Assembly (NCBI RefSeq): GCF_037042905.1
Contig: NC_087251.1
Location: forward strand, 46,440,001 to 46,504,000
Source: Lytechinus pictus
Lineage: Eukaryota
DNA length: 64,000 nucleotides
Reading direction: 5' to 3'
Below are positions 1-12,300 of the stretch, piece by piece. The position numbers and the translations under genes were made by a program. How positions within the stretch are numbered: position 1 is the first letter of the stretch; each line of letters begins with the position of its first letter. The notes beneath the pieces were generated by a model. The model searched no databases. It was not told the origin of the DNA and saw nothing but the letters and a program-made list of their open reading frames with translations.

Positions 1-224
1 TAATGTGGGAGCTAGCAAGTACCAATAAAGAGGACATCATGTTATACAGAATTCCCTGCTGTTAATATTATTTCATGATTGTTTTTTTTGTCAAAGTTTG
101 TCCAAAGTGACCCCGGAGTTTAGGGTCACTTTGGACAACCATAAATATCCCCATGCATTATCACATGTATAGCATTGTAAACAATGGCAAGTTTTTCCAG
201 TCTTCTCAAAATATATTTCTCTTT

Positions 225-1140
225 TTTTAATAAATAATAATGTGATTTGTAATGCTCCAAATCCACTCGGCAGAGTGCCCAAGGCACAGTGAAAGAAAGA
301 AAGAAGGAAAGAAAGAGAAACATACAAATATAATAGATTCAAGAACAATTAAGAGTAAGAAGCGTTGAATAGACGTGTCTTAAGGTAACGTTTAAATGTG
401 TTAATGGAATTACATTCACGGACAACTAGGGGGAGATCATTCCAGAGAACATGGCCAGCGTGAGCAAAAGCCCAAACCCCCATGTTTTAACGGATTTGGG
501 AATAACTAGGGAACCAGAGTTGGATGAACGTAGGGACCTGACAGGAGTTTATTTGTTAATTACATTTATGTTGTACTGTGGAGCAGAGCCGTTAATTGCA
601 TGTAATACAAGGAGAAGGATTTTGAAGATGATGCGATTGTTGACCTTTAACCAATGAAGAGATTTCAGAATGGATGTGATATGAACATGTTTTTTGATAG
701 GGTGACCATACGTGCTGCAGCGTTCTAGAGCTTTTGGAATTAAGACAACTGGGTGTTGGGTAAATTGTAAAGCAAGGCATTCCCGAAATCAAGTCGTAAA
801 GAAGAAGAATAGATATTTGTTTAAAAATGAAATCAATATTGTATAAATGTTGGAAATGAAGTTCTAGCCCATTATATGATTTAGGGCTAGATCTTTTACA
901 GGGAATGTAGAAATCTCGGGGGCGAAAATTGCAATGTTGACCGCGGTATACGCACATGAATGGGGCACAATCTCTGGCTCCGTGGAGAGTGAGCACACGT
1001 TGGTGAATGATTTTTACTCTCTAGGAGCCTCCTGGCTACATATACATGTATGTGTGGGCAAATAAGGTTGGCAATGTTTAGCTTATTTTCTCTTGTTCTT
1101 GGGGACAAATGCCATTACAGCTATTCATCACATATAACTT
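225..1140 (-). mobile_element. L2-clade LINE, decayed 3' fragment (end of ORF2 RT plus 3' tail)
   Basis: Minus-strand translation with stops: RLDFGNALLYNLP..QKL*NAAARMVT..HITSILKSLHWLKVNNRIIFKILLLV..LWNDLP..FKRYLKTRLF. The 3' tail carries an L2-type stem (tgccttgggcac..gtggatttggagcattacaaat) followed by (TTA)n. Confidence 0.8.
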
Positions 1141-1229
1141 GGCTCGTAAGTAAATTATATTCTTTTAATTTTTTTCTGAATGAGAAATAGAGATTCAAAC
1201 ATGTCAATTTTATTTTCTACCAATATTGA

Positions 1230-1435
1230 TTGATTCGGATTTTTTACCTGATTGCTAAGAAAGCATGAATGCTTGTAAGCAAGCAACCAGAGGACCGACG
1301 GCTTAAGGTCCTCTCCAAAGGACCTGGTAATGAAGATTAATGCCTTACCAAAGGGCACTAGCGCACCAAGTGGGAATCGAACCCGGGTCAGCTAAATACG
1401 AATCCCTCGCTCTACCGACTGAGCTATCGCGCCTC
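1230..1435 (-). mobile_element. tRNA-derived SINE
   Basis: Reverse complement begins GAGGCGCGATAGCTCAGTCGG (A box) ... GGTTCGATTCC (B box), then a non-tRNA body (gtgccctttggtaaggca). Confidence 0.75.
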
Positions 1436-1967
1436 TTTATAATAGAGGTTGTACACAAATTTATGCTCAAAATTGAAGTTTTTGAGCGCTCTTGTGAATA
1501 AAAAAATATTCAGAAGTTACTAATGAAAAATAAATTGCAAGTGTGCGAAAATTAGTACCATATTTCGGGTTACAAATGTAGTGATTAAAATGTGTGCTGT
1601 GTTATGCATAGGGGTACAATGTAGATTCCCCACAGGCAGGGTGGTTGCAGCAAACAGGTGGTTGAGTGTTGACTTTTGTTTATTTTTAACAGAATAAACA
1701 TGCTGATGATTGATATGATATAGTTTTCAATTCATATCTGGGGCCCGTTTCATAAAGTTCACATTTCCAATTCAATCGGCCGAGATGTCCAATATTTGGG
1801 AGAGTGCCATATTTGGAAGGGTTTGGCGATAGATCGAACTTGTGCAATCTCGGTGGCAATATTTCTGGTGAAATTCAGTTCCCCCTTACGAGATTTTTTT
1901 TGTTCATCAATCTTTTGGAGTCTAAAATTAGCAAGGGTCATAAGAATCTTTGTAAGTCCAAATCATG

Positions 1968-2090
1968 TATTCGTTGAAAGAAAGAGACGCTCTATTCAAC
2001 TCGGCTAACGCCTCGTTGAATAGAGCATCTTTCTTTCACCTCATGCAAAATTTCGCACCATCGCACTCATGCCTATTCGCTATTTGTATA
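1968..2090. repeat. Dispersed hairpin-forming repeat end (second copy ~12880-13000)
   Basis: gaaagaaaga..ctctattcaac-tcggctaacgcctc-gttgaatagag..tctttctttc stem, then cacctcatgc..cgcaccatcgcactcatgcctatt.gctatttgtata, which recurs near 12940-13000. Confidence 0.6.
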
Positions 2091-2184
2091 CTATGGTGAC
2101 AATTAGCCTTGATATGAATAAAAAAACTTTCTCATGAAATGGTCAATGAAAATATTATTTTGCAGTACCGGTATGTAAGATATA

Positions 2185-3004
2185 CAGTGCGTCCCAGAAA
2201 AAAAAAGAAACCGAGATTTATCGATAATTTATCATAACTTAATCACAAATACAATAGACAAGTGACCTACCATTGTAAAGCTTGGAATCTCCTCTTTCAT
2301 CCTAAATTACTTAAATTATTTATCATTCAGGCATGAGTGAGCAAAAAGAATTTGAAGAGGGGATACCAAAGAGTCACTTGGCGAGCTGTACCTGGGTTTC
2401 AAAAATAAATCCGCATTTTTAAGAAATTCAATATCTGCTCTTGAATTTGATACCTCAATTACAGAAAATGGTCAAGAAATAACAAGTTCTGCTTATTTGA
2501 AATAAAACTTGAATTTCAATAATTTCATAAAATGAAGAGGATTTACAGGCTAGCGTTCCGAGTCACTCGACACTCCATTTTGTTGACGATCAGCCATGCA
2601 TTAAGTCTTTTGTTAACTGTGCGATAGCTTCTGTGGAAAACCGGTGAAAACACGTTTATTTAATGAAATTATGGAAATGCAAGGATTGTCTCGAGGGAAC
2701 AGAACTTTTTTACTTCTTGACCATTTTCTGTGATTAAGGTTTCAAATAAAAGAGCAGATATTGAACTTTTTAGGAATATGATTTTCTTTTTGAAATTCAG
2801 ATACCCCCCGCCAAATGAGTTTTTGGTATCCTTTCTTCAAATTGTTTTGCTCACTCATGCATGAATTAGAAATAATCTAAGTAATTTCAGATGAAAGAGG
2901 AGATTCTAAGCTTTACAATGGTAGGTCACTTGTCTATTGTATTTGTGATTTAGTTATGATGAATCATCAATAAATCTCGGTTTCGTTTTTTGTGGGACGC
3001 ACTG
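2185..3004. mobile_element. Tc1/mariner-type MITE with long TIRs
   Basis: TA|CAGTGCGTCCCA ... TGGGACGCACTG|TA; inverted arms run about 300 bp. A degenerate internal copy lies at ~36480-36900. Confidence 0.85.
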
Positions 3005-3217
3005 TAGAGTTTCTAAATATTTTTTGGTAAACCTGAGGGCGGCTCATTTTCAAAAAGGTAATATCACCTAAAAATAATGCATTTGGGAAATATTAGGGGC
3101 GATTTTGTCCTTCATGAAAGCGAAATCGCCTCTTGCGTTCATGTGCAACTCTATTTTCTACACTGATGTGTTTGTATTTGATCATTTCATCCTTCTCTAA
3201 TCTCTATACATGTGCAG

Positions 3218-3310
3218 GTGCTGTACCTACAAGCATTTGTTCTGGTTATACTCATGGGGAAACTCTTCAAGAAGGTGTTCTTTGGCCAGCTCAGAGCTGC
3301 TGAGATGGAG
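3218..3310 (+). CDS. SYVN1: SYVN1 exon (VLYLQAFVLV..GQLRAAEME)
   Basis: cag|GTG ... GAG|gtatgg; matches HRD1 TM2. Confidence 0.95.
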
Positions 3311-6300
3311 GTATGGAGTTGTAATTCCAAGTATTTTATTTATTTTTTCTTGAGTGGATGGAGTGAGTTTGAATAATGTGTTTTGCCTCTCATTGCATAT
3401 TCCCTTTGCATCTATAGGGGATTGCATGTATTTGGAATAATGTTAAACTCATGATTTAAAGAGTTTTAATGGGTTAAACATGTTTGAGTCGCTGGTTTCA
3501 CGAATCAAGATTTCAACTTGGTTGTCCCTGTTTTTATGAGTTTTGAGGAGGCCAGATATGGCATATCGGGGAAAATTTATCAAAAGCTGCAAGCGAGTGA
3601 AGCATATGTGTGCAAAAATTTAGACATTTTTATTTAATACAAAAATCCTATTTTGTGATAGAGTTTTCATAATATTCTGAAAATAATCATCTCCCTTCTT
3701 ACTTTTCTTTTTCTCTTTCTTTTTTATTTTTTGGTTGTGCAAAATGACCCCATCTGTACGTACTCCACTGATCCTGAATCTCGAAATTAATCAAGATTAT
3801 GCCATTTGGCTAAGTTCGTATTATAAATAATAATAATTAAATAACTGTGATTCAATTTAATGATGTGCTTTGATTTCATTCATGAGTCTTTTTTTTTTGC
3901 TTTAAGTTTGATTTGTAAATGTAAAATCTGTCCTCTATAACCTAAAAGGTTTAATCAATTAATCAAGGGCTTCTAATTTCAGGGTTGGGCTCAATTACTT
4001 TCTGCAATTACAATTAAAATTACTTGAAATTAATTGAAGAAATTTTCATTTACAATTACTTTTCAATTAAATTACATTTTTTTTTCAATTACTTACCAAT
4101 TACTATTGTAAATTACAATTTCAATTACTTTCTAGAAAAGTCATAACTGAAACCAATATTTATTCTGTACATATTTCCACCTATTTTAAGTTACAGAGAA
4201 ACTGAAAAGATGAAGGTTAAGGTTAAAGAGCATGGGTTCTGCTTGTTACTCTCTTTGAGGCTAAAGCAGTTGACATGAAAAAGGTCATGAGATAAAATCA
4301 TAAATTAAGTAAGTTCATTGTAAAGTAATTGAATGTAGTTAAATGTAATTGACAGTAATTGAAGTCAATTACATTTTTTTCACTTACAATTATTTACAAT
4401 TACAATTACTTTCCAGTTCAAAACTTGAGTTACAATTACTAAAAAATGTAATTAATTACGTAATTGATCAATTACCTTGTTATTGAGCCCAACAGTGTCT
4501 AATTTACACAGATTGATCGCAAATCCTTTATTTGTGATATTCATTATTTTATTTTTCAGCATCTAATAGAAAGATCATGGTATGCTGTGACAGAAACCTG
4601 CCTGGCATTCACCGTGTTCAGGGATGACTTCGGTCCTCGGTTCGTGGCCATGTTCACACTGCTTCTCTTCATCAAATGTTTTCATTGGCTGGCAGAGGAT
4701 AGAGTCGATTATGTAAGTTGAATGTAATCTAGAGGTGGCTGTTCTCATCGAGACTCTTGTGATTTCCCTATAGATCAGGGTCAAAATTTTAAGTATTCTA
4801 ATCAGTATTCTCGTATATTTAACCATCTTTGGTACTCGATAGCCCTTTTTGGCTAAGTATTTTGCTTATATCTCAGTCAGCCCCTACCTGGCTTACGCTT
4901 GGCTAGCGTGCAGTGTACAAATGTGCAGTCAACCATTCTGCGCACAGATGGCTAGTAGATACATTGCGTGTCATTTGGCTTAGACTTTATGATGTCACAA
5001 TTGTTATTAGTGTGTATTTCATTTGACTTGATGAAGTGAATTACCTGGAAGTGATCTGAGTACAAGTATAAGTATTTTGCTTAGTCAAATAAAATGCTAA
5101 GTAAAATACTGTACTTTCTGTATCAATACTTCCAATTGAGTTAAGTTGCAAAAACAGTGAGATGAAAATTGTATTAAAAAAAATTTTAATGTGGTGAAAT
5201 TGGCTACATCAGCTAATATTTTCCTAAAATGAAGTATTACATTTGATTTGGGAATATTCTCAAATTGTAAAACTTCTGGAATATTAATGATGAGCAAATT
5301 CATCCCTTCGTAAATTTTCATGTACACTGTAAGGCCAAGGGAAATGTGAATAACAGGGTTGTAAATAGATTTTCTCTTTAGTGCAATTTTTGTCATTCAT
5401 ATGGGGTGTTGCAAGAAACTTGCGATCAATTGCAAGTCTATTTTTGGTCCCTTAATCATATGTCTTGCAGTTAATTGCAAATTAGTGATTGATTGCTAAT
5501 TTGCTCCTTGAAACAAGAAGTTTTATCTGATTTGCTATAACGTACATTGATCTATCATTTGTAAATTGATTGCAAATATTTTCTTGCAACACCCCCAGTC
5601 TGTCCTATATTGTTCAAAAGAAAATGATATTAATATTGCTGTATGGTTTGTATGATTTTATATTCACAGATGGAGAGGAGTCCAGTCATCTCTTGGGTGT
5701 TTCATATGAGAGTTATTAGTAAGTTGCTTTATTGTTTCAGTCTGTACTTGTGTTTCATAGTTTACATACTGGTTAATTTGCCTATTAACGTCAAATCTAC
5801 TAGAACCACACAAATATATTTGACCTAGGAGAAATTTTACTAAAAAGATATATAAAAGAAAAACACATATCTTCCAGGTTTGACTTGAGAGATGAATCAG
5901 CTTTTTGGGAAGGTCAACTTATTTATGTTTAACTGTATATTTTATGTTGATTGTTTGGTTTAGTTATGTCAAGTTTATGTTGTAAATCAGAGTCTGGAGT
6001 TACGATAAACAGATTGCATCAGATTACCGATATTAACCTTTTTTACACCAGGCATCAATCTAATATTGTTGTTTGTAGTTTTTGTAGAGAGATATTAAGA
6101 CTGTAGCTTTTAGAAATAAGGTTTTTTTCATTTGCACAGAGTTTAGAATGCCCCAGATTCTACTGTCATCTCACTGCAAACATAATCTTGCCTCACAAAG
6201 GCCAGAGCATTGTCTGTATCATTTGTCATTCTTCTGAATGTGAATCAGTATTTTTCTGAATCTGTATATAAAAAGTTGAGCAAAGAATCCCCAAAATTTT

Positions 6301-9300
6301 TGAAAATTTGTGAATTACATTTACATTTTATGTATAATTTTTTTTTTATACATGTACTTCTTTCATACTGTTTTTATTTCAAAATCTTAGGGGAGGTATG
6401 GGAGTGATTATTTTTTACTCTGCTTCATCATCAAATGTTTGATTTCAAAGATTTTGGCAAGATGGACTGTATAATAATCATGAACCAAATTGTTATTTTG
6501 AACAGCCCTTCTTGTGGTCCTTGGCTGCTTTGACTTGGTGTTTATCAACTATGCGTATCATAGTACTTTAACCAAGGGAGCTTCCGTTCAACTTGTCTTC
6601 GGGTTTGAGGTATGTATCTTAGAAGCAGGTTTGGAAATGAGTTACATGGTAGGGGCTATTTTTTTCCATATTGGGGCAATTGTGAACATTTGGAGGCTAT
6701 TGCTTTCATTTCATTTCAAGGGCTGCTTTTTTGTGCAATAAGCAATTGTGTTGTTAAAGCATTCATCATTCTGCTTATGTACTGTTTATATAAAATTGAT
6801 TTTCCAAACTTTTGTGAATATTTTCGTGCCAGATCTTGGGGTGACTTGTGAAAATTCAAATTGCTATGTGCTGGATAAATTCTCTATTGATAACATTTTC
6901 CTATTTGAATATTTATCACTACAACTTTTCCAAGCTTTTGACTGCTAGCAGGCTAATACTGTGGTGGTCTATTCACTGAAATTGTTGCATTTCATTATTG
7001 CCAAAATCCAGGGAAAATAAAACAATTTCTTCAAAATGGTTTCTAGTATAAACAAATTTTTTTTTTTCTTTCATTGTGACTTCTTATTGACTTATTGACT
7101 TTCTGTTTCAATGTTTTTTTTCTTTCAGTATGCAATCTAATTGACTGTCTATATTGATGTTTGTTTTCTTTCTTGATACTTTCAGTATGCGATCTTATTG
7201 ACTGTGTTAATCAATGTGTTCTTCAAGTATGTCTTGCACACCATTGATCTACAGAGTGAGAATCCATGGGAAAACAAAGCTGTGTACATGCTTTACACTG
7301 ACCTCATTATGGGTAAGAACTAAAGCATTTCATGCACCCATACAGGATAAATTCTCTCTTGTATACTAGTATTTCATGTGTTATCTGCTATGAAGGAATG
7401 CAAATTCCCGTAATCTACAATGCAAGAATATCTAGGGTGCTTGTAAATTCCATTTCGTAATGTGACTTCACCTTGGAATGAAATATATATTTTTTCATTT
7501 CATTAATTAGTTTGGACTCTAAGATTCTTCCCTTTTTGATTTGTTAGATATTTGAAATTTTGAATCATTGTTTAATCATAAACGACTTCAGATCCAATTT
7601 TGATATGCTGTTAGGGTTTGTCCACTCTAAACCAAGTTAATTGTATATTTTTTTGAGGCAAACACAAATTAAACAAATAGAATTAGATCAAATTATTAGC
7701 CAACTCTCACAATTCTATAGTCAATCCAGTTTTGATTCAATTTATTTATTAGGTAAAACTCATGAGTGAATGTAAATATCAACTGTGGGGATCAAACACC
7801 CTAAAAGCCAGAGGCTTGAAATTTAGGGGTATTCATAACAAATGAAGGACAATGTGGTGATGCTATTAGTACAGCCATTACAAAGGTAATGATACACAAA
7901 ATGAATTACAAAACATGAACTAAACAATTCAAACAAAAAATACATCATGAAAACGTTTTATGTATTGATTACACTGCTGATTTTTGTTCATTTTGTCAAT
8001 GTTTCCCCGGTTTTCTGTTTCTCTTGATTAGGTTTTATCAAAGTGTTTCTTTACACAGCATTTGTGGCCATCATGATCAAGATCCATACATTCCCTCTTT
8101 TTGCCACCAGGCCTATGTACTTAGCCATGAGGTAAGTAACAACTTCATGATTCCATGTTTGTTTCCATGGCAATTGTTCTTTATGAAAAACTTGCACATT
8201 CTGCAAAAAAAAAAAATAATAATTTACCCCCCATCAACAACAACATCAATAATGATGACGATGATGATGATGATGATGGTGATGGTGATGATGATAATGA
8301 TGATGATGATGATGGTGATCATGATGATGAAGATGATCATGATGATGATGATGATGAAGATAATATGAATAATAATTTATAAATCATAATGATAAGAAGA
8401 AGAATGATAGATGAATGAAAATTACAAAGTGAATAAATAAATGAACTAATAAATAAATAAAAGAAATATAAATGGTGATAATGATAAGCAGTATATAAAT
8501 AAATGAATTTATATGAAAACAAGTGCATAAATAAATAAGAAAAAATGAAATCCAAATAGAATACATGAACGGAATGAAAAAGAATATAATGAAATAAAAA
8601 CAGAAAGAACTTTCACATTCCTAACATTTTTGTTGTTGAGATATGCTAATGCTGAGCCATTTAATGCATGTACACACATTTCACTATCAGTGATGATATC
8701 AGAATTTCTCATTTTTTTAATTTCAAACTTAAATAATAATAATAATGATATACAGTTCTTGTATAGCGCATATCACATTATGATTAATGTCTCTATGCGC
8801 TTCCAAAGGACTTAGATATTATTACCCCAGCTGTAGCTTGACAGCCGTAATTACTAAGATTACAGCGCACACGCATTTCAGGGAATAAATTCCTGCCAGG
8901 TACCCATTCACCTCACCTGGGTTGAGTGCAGCACAATGTGGAGGAATTACTTGCTGAAGGAAACTACGCCATGGCTGGGATTTGAACCCATACCCTCTGT
9001 TTCAAAGTCCGGAGACTTATCCACTGGGCCACAATGCTCCACAACTTAAATTGCTTTTCAGTTTTGATTTTGAAAATATAGGTTTCAATTAGAAGTAGGA
9101 TATCCATGAAAATGACTTGGATTCATTGATATGTATTATCATCATTTGTTTGAATACCAGCACATTGAATGATTAAAAATGAGAAGGCATTTTGCAGTAT
9201 TGATTTGCCCATTTGCTTAATTTACATGAATGGTCATACTAATGAAAATTACATTGTATTATTTGAAATTTAAAGTCATTTTGATATTTTTTTTCCTGTT

Positions 9301-12300
9301 TTAATTTAGGTCTTTCAAGAAAGCTGTACATGATGTCATTATGTCTAGAAGAGCCATCCGTAATATGAACACACTGTAAGTCACTTTGGCTTTCATATCA
9401 TTGTAGAAAATAGCCATGGGCGGTGTTTTAAAACGATATTCTTATAGTTACACACAACTTTATATGCGACTGGTGACCCGTTCTTGGTTGCCAAATCGGA
9501 TTCTCACTCGTTATGATTCCAATAGGCTTAAGTTGTAATCTAATAATTGTACATTGATATTTATGTTATTAACAAGTATCTGAATGCAAATTTTATCATT
9601 GCCAAATTTGATTAAGTTTATAGGAAATTCACTCTCATTATGTTAAATCAGGAAGAATTATTTTGGCACAAGAACTGGTCACCAGTCTTGTATAAAATCA
9701 TCTGTAACTTGCAACAGCTCTATGACATATCACCCTGTTCCCTAAAATTGGAAGACAATTTAGATCATTACCGAAACATTTGAGAATAAAAGAAAAACTC
9801 TTCCTGTATTCCTAATACGGATGCCCCAGAATATTCAAAACCCACAAGTATTGCCATTTTCATCATGACCTACCCGGGTTTCGGGATTTGTAGATTTGTC
9901 AGGCGTCCTGTTTTTATTCAATTTTCTGTGCAACCTTTCTGTGAATAATTTGATGAAATAAACACAGTTGCTCCATTTATAACACACAAGCCCCTTCTGT
10001 GTTAGCCTCTTGTCGAGGCCCTGTCGGCTGCTTTCCGAGCGAACATGACAAAGCAAGGGAGAGAGCGAAGCAGAGCGCCGCGAGACAGGGCCTCTTGACA
10101 TCTGACCCGAATTTCACCGACTTTCTTTTGTTTTTTATTGTTTTTACCAATTCACCGACCAAAAACTGGTCGGTGAAAATCATCCAATGAGAGCGCGAGC
10201 TGCTATGACGTCATATTAAATATTCATGAGCTCATCTTGAATGGTGACCCTTGGATTCTTGGCGAAGAGTGACGACGAAATATCAAAGAGCGCTGAATAT
10301 GACTCTAAAATGCTAAATATTGACCGATTTAAGGATTTGCAAGTCGATGAAATTAACTCTGCACTGAAAGGACGAGATGTCTTTGTAAATCTACCCACAG
10401 GATATGGAAAAAATGTAATATTTCATGCGATTCCACCGGTCGAACCGGGGCGTCGATTATCGATCTCCGCTGTGCAGTGCAGTGAGGGAAGCTGGGGTGG
10501 AGTTGCTGGGAGTTGACTCGAGTCTGACCAGCGGCTGAGCAGTATCTCCCGGGAAGTTTCGGGGCGGTGATGGGTCTGTTACGGCCAGTAGTAGTAGTAG
10601 TAGTACCACTACTTGTAGCATTTTGCTGGTTATATCCCCTTTAGTGTCCCGCAATTAAATGAATCCCCTGCAGAATAATGGACTACTATACTATATAGTA
10701 TTCCGAACCCAAAACGAAACAGCTCTGACATTTCATTGGTTTACTCGGTGACCGGTAATATCATGACTCATGTATATTCATTAGGAAGACGTTCCTCATG
10801 AATATATAATTCAGTTCAGATGTCAAGAGGCCCTGGCTCGCACCAGGCCTAATTCGCTTCGCGAATTAGGGAATCCCTCGCTTCGCTCAGGAAGCAGCCG
10901 CCAGGGCCTCAACAAGAGGCTACTTCTGTGTGAGTGTTAAATGTAAAATCCATCTCCATATTTACCAGGTACCCCGATGCCACCGCCGAAGACCTTGCCA
11001 ACACCGACAGCATCTGCATCATCTGCCGAGAGGACATGGTGGCAGCGGAGCCCGGTGCACCGGCAGGAGGCTCCGGAAGCTGCAAGAAGCTTCCTTGCAA
11101 CCACATCTTCCACAGCAGCTGCCTCCGCTCGTGGTTCCAACGTCAGCAGACCTGCCCCACCTGCAGAATGGACGTTCTCAGGCTTTCCGTGGTGGCCGCG
11201 AGCCAGAGGCTCAGGCAGGGGCAGCAGCAGCAGCAGGGGGTGGGGCAGCAGGGACAGGCGGGGGTGGGTCTGGGACAACAAGGCAATGGACAAGTGCCAC
11301 CTGTACCAGGGCAAGGTATGCTATATTTGTGATTGTCTAGAAACTCAAGGGGGTATTTTCATGGTTAATGTAAAGATTTGCTTATACTCCAAGTTGCATA
11401 TGGTGTAGAGTATTTTACAGCACTTTTCAGATCATCATCAAGGTATGCAACCGTTTGTGTGCTATTTATTATATAGTTGCCAGTCTTCAGATTTTTTGCC
11501 TCATTTCAGGTTTTTAATGGATTAAAACTCATAGCACTTATGGGGCCTTTGCATGTTCAGGCTTTTCCAAGGACCAGTGACTAAGACTAACTGGCATTCA
11601 TGCAATTACATCACATGTTAAATTTACTTTGGACTTACTGGTATGCATGAATTGAATTCAACCATCGACTCTTTCTTAAATAGTGTCCTGTTTGTAAATA
11701 TACATTTCTATTGAAAGTTCTTTAATCACACTTTGCAATAAGAGATAGTGAGCATTATGTAAAATAGATCATGAAACATGTCCATAATGTCACATACATC
11801 AAAAGAATGACAATGGCTACCAATAATATTCCACTTTTCAGGCAAAAAATTGTTATTTTTTATTTATGGATGCTTCTTTTGGCAAATTACAGCCTAAATC
11901 TGCAATTATTAATAAGATTTAGATTGCAATGAATGGGGATTTCCAGGGCTCCTTGTTCAAGTTTCTCGGGCTATTTTGAGCATTTTTTGGCAAAATTGTC
12001 CCTTTCCCTCGTGTAATTTTTTCCTTGCCTTGGTCATCATATTTGGGCTTACCCAATCAAGCTCTATGATTTTTCTCCACTCCATGGGTAGCATTCCAAC
12101 AAAAGCACCAAGTAAATAATCAAGAGTGTGTGGTTTACTAATATTGCAATTGATTTTGCTTATGTTTTGACAGGTATGCCCCCTTTTCCACCAGGCTTCC
12201 AGTTTTGGCTTCCTCAATATCAGGGAGGAGTGCCCCCCTTTCCTCAGCCCCCTGTACCCCCTCAACCGTCATCATCCTCAACTACTCAACCAGGAACTTC

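Noticed and set aside
1360..1435. tRNA genes (also ~8970-9040, ~34250-34302 and 44081-44150)
   Set aside because: A and B boxes are present, but they run into SINE bodies or are truncated, with no intact cloverleaf.
1..3217. SYVN1 first coding exon (QFYP..YLTKS)
   Set aside because: Not found; the region is LINE, SINE and MITE sequence, so the exon lies upstream of the window.
8024..8382. Poly-Met and poly-Asp ORFs
   Set aside because: Translations of an intronic (GAT)n microsatellite.
10457..10654. Signal-peptide-like ORF MLQVVVLLLLLLAV..
   Set aside because: The Leu run comes from a (TAG)n microsatellite inside the transposon.
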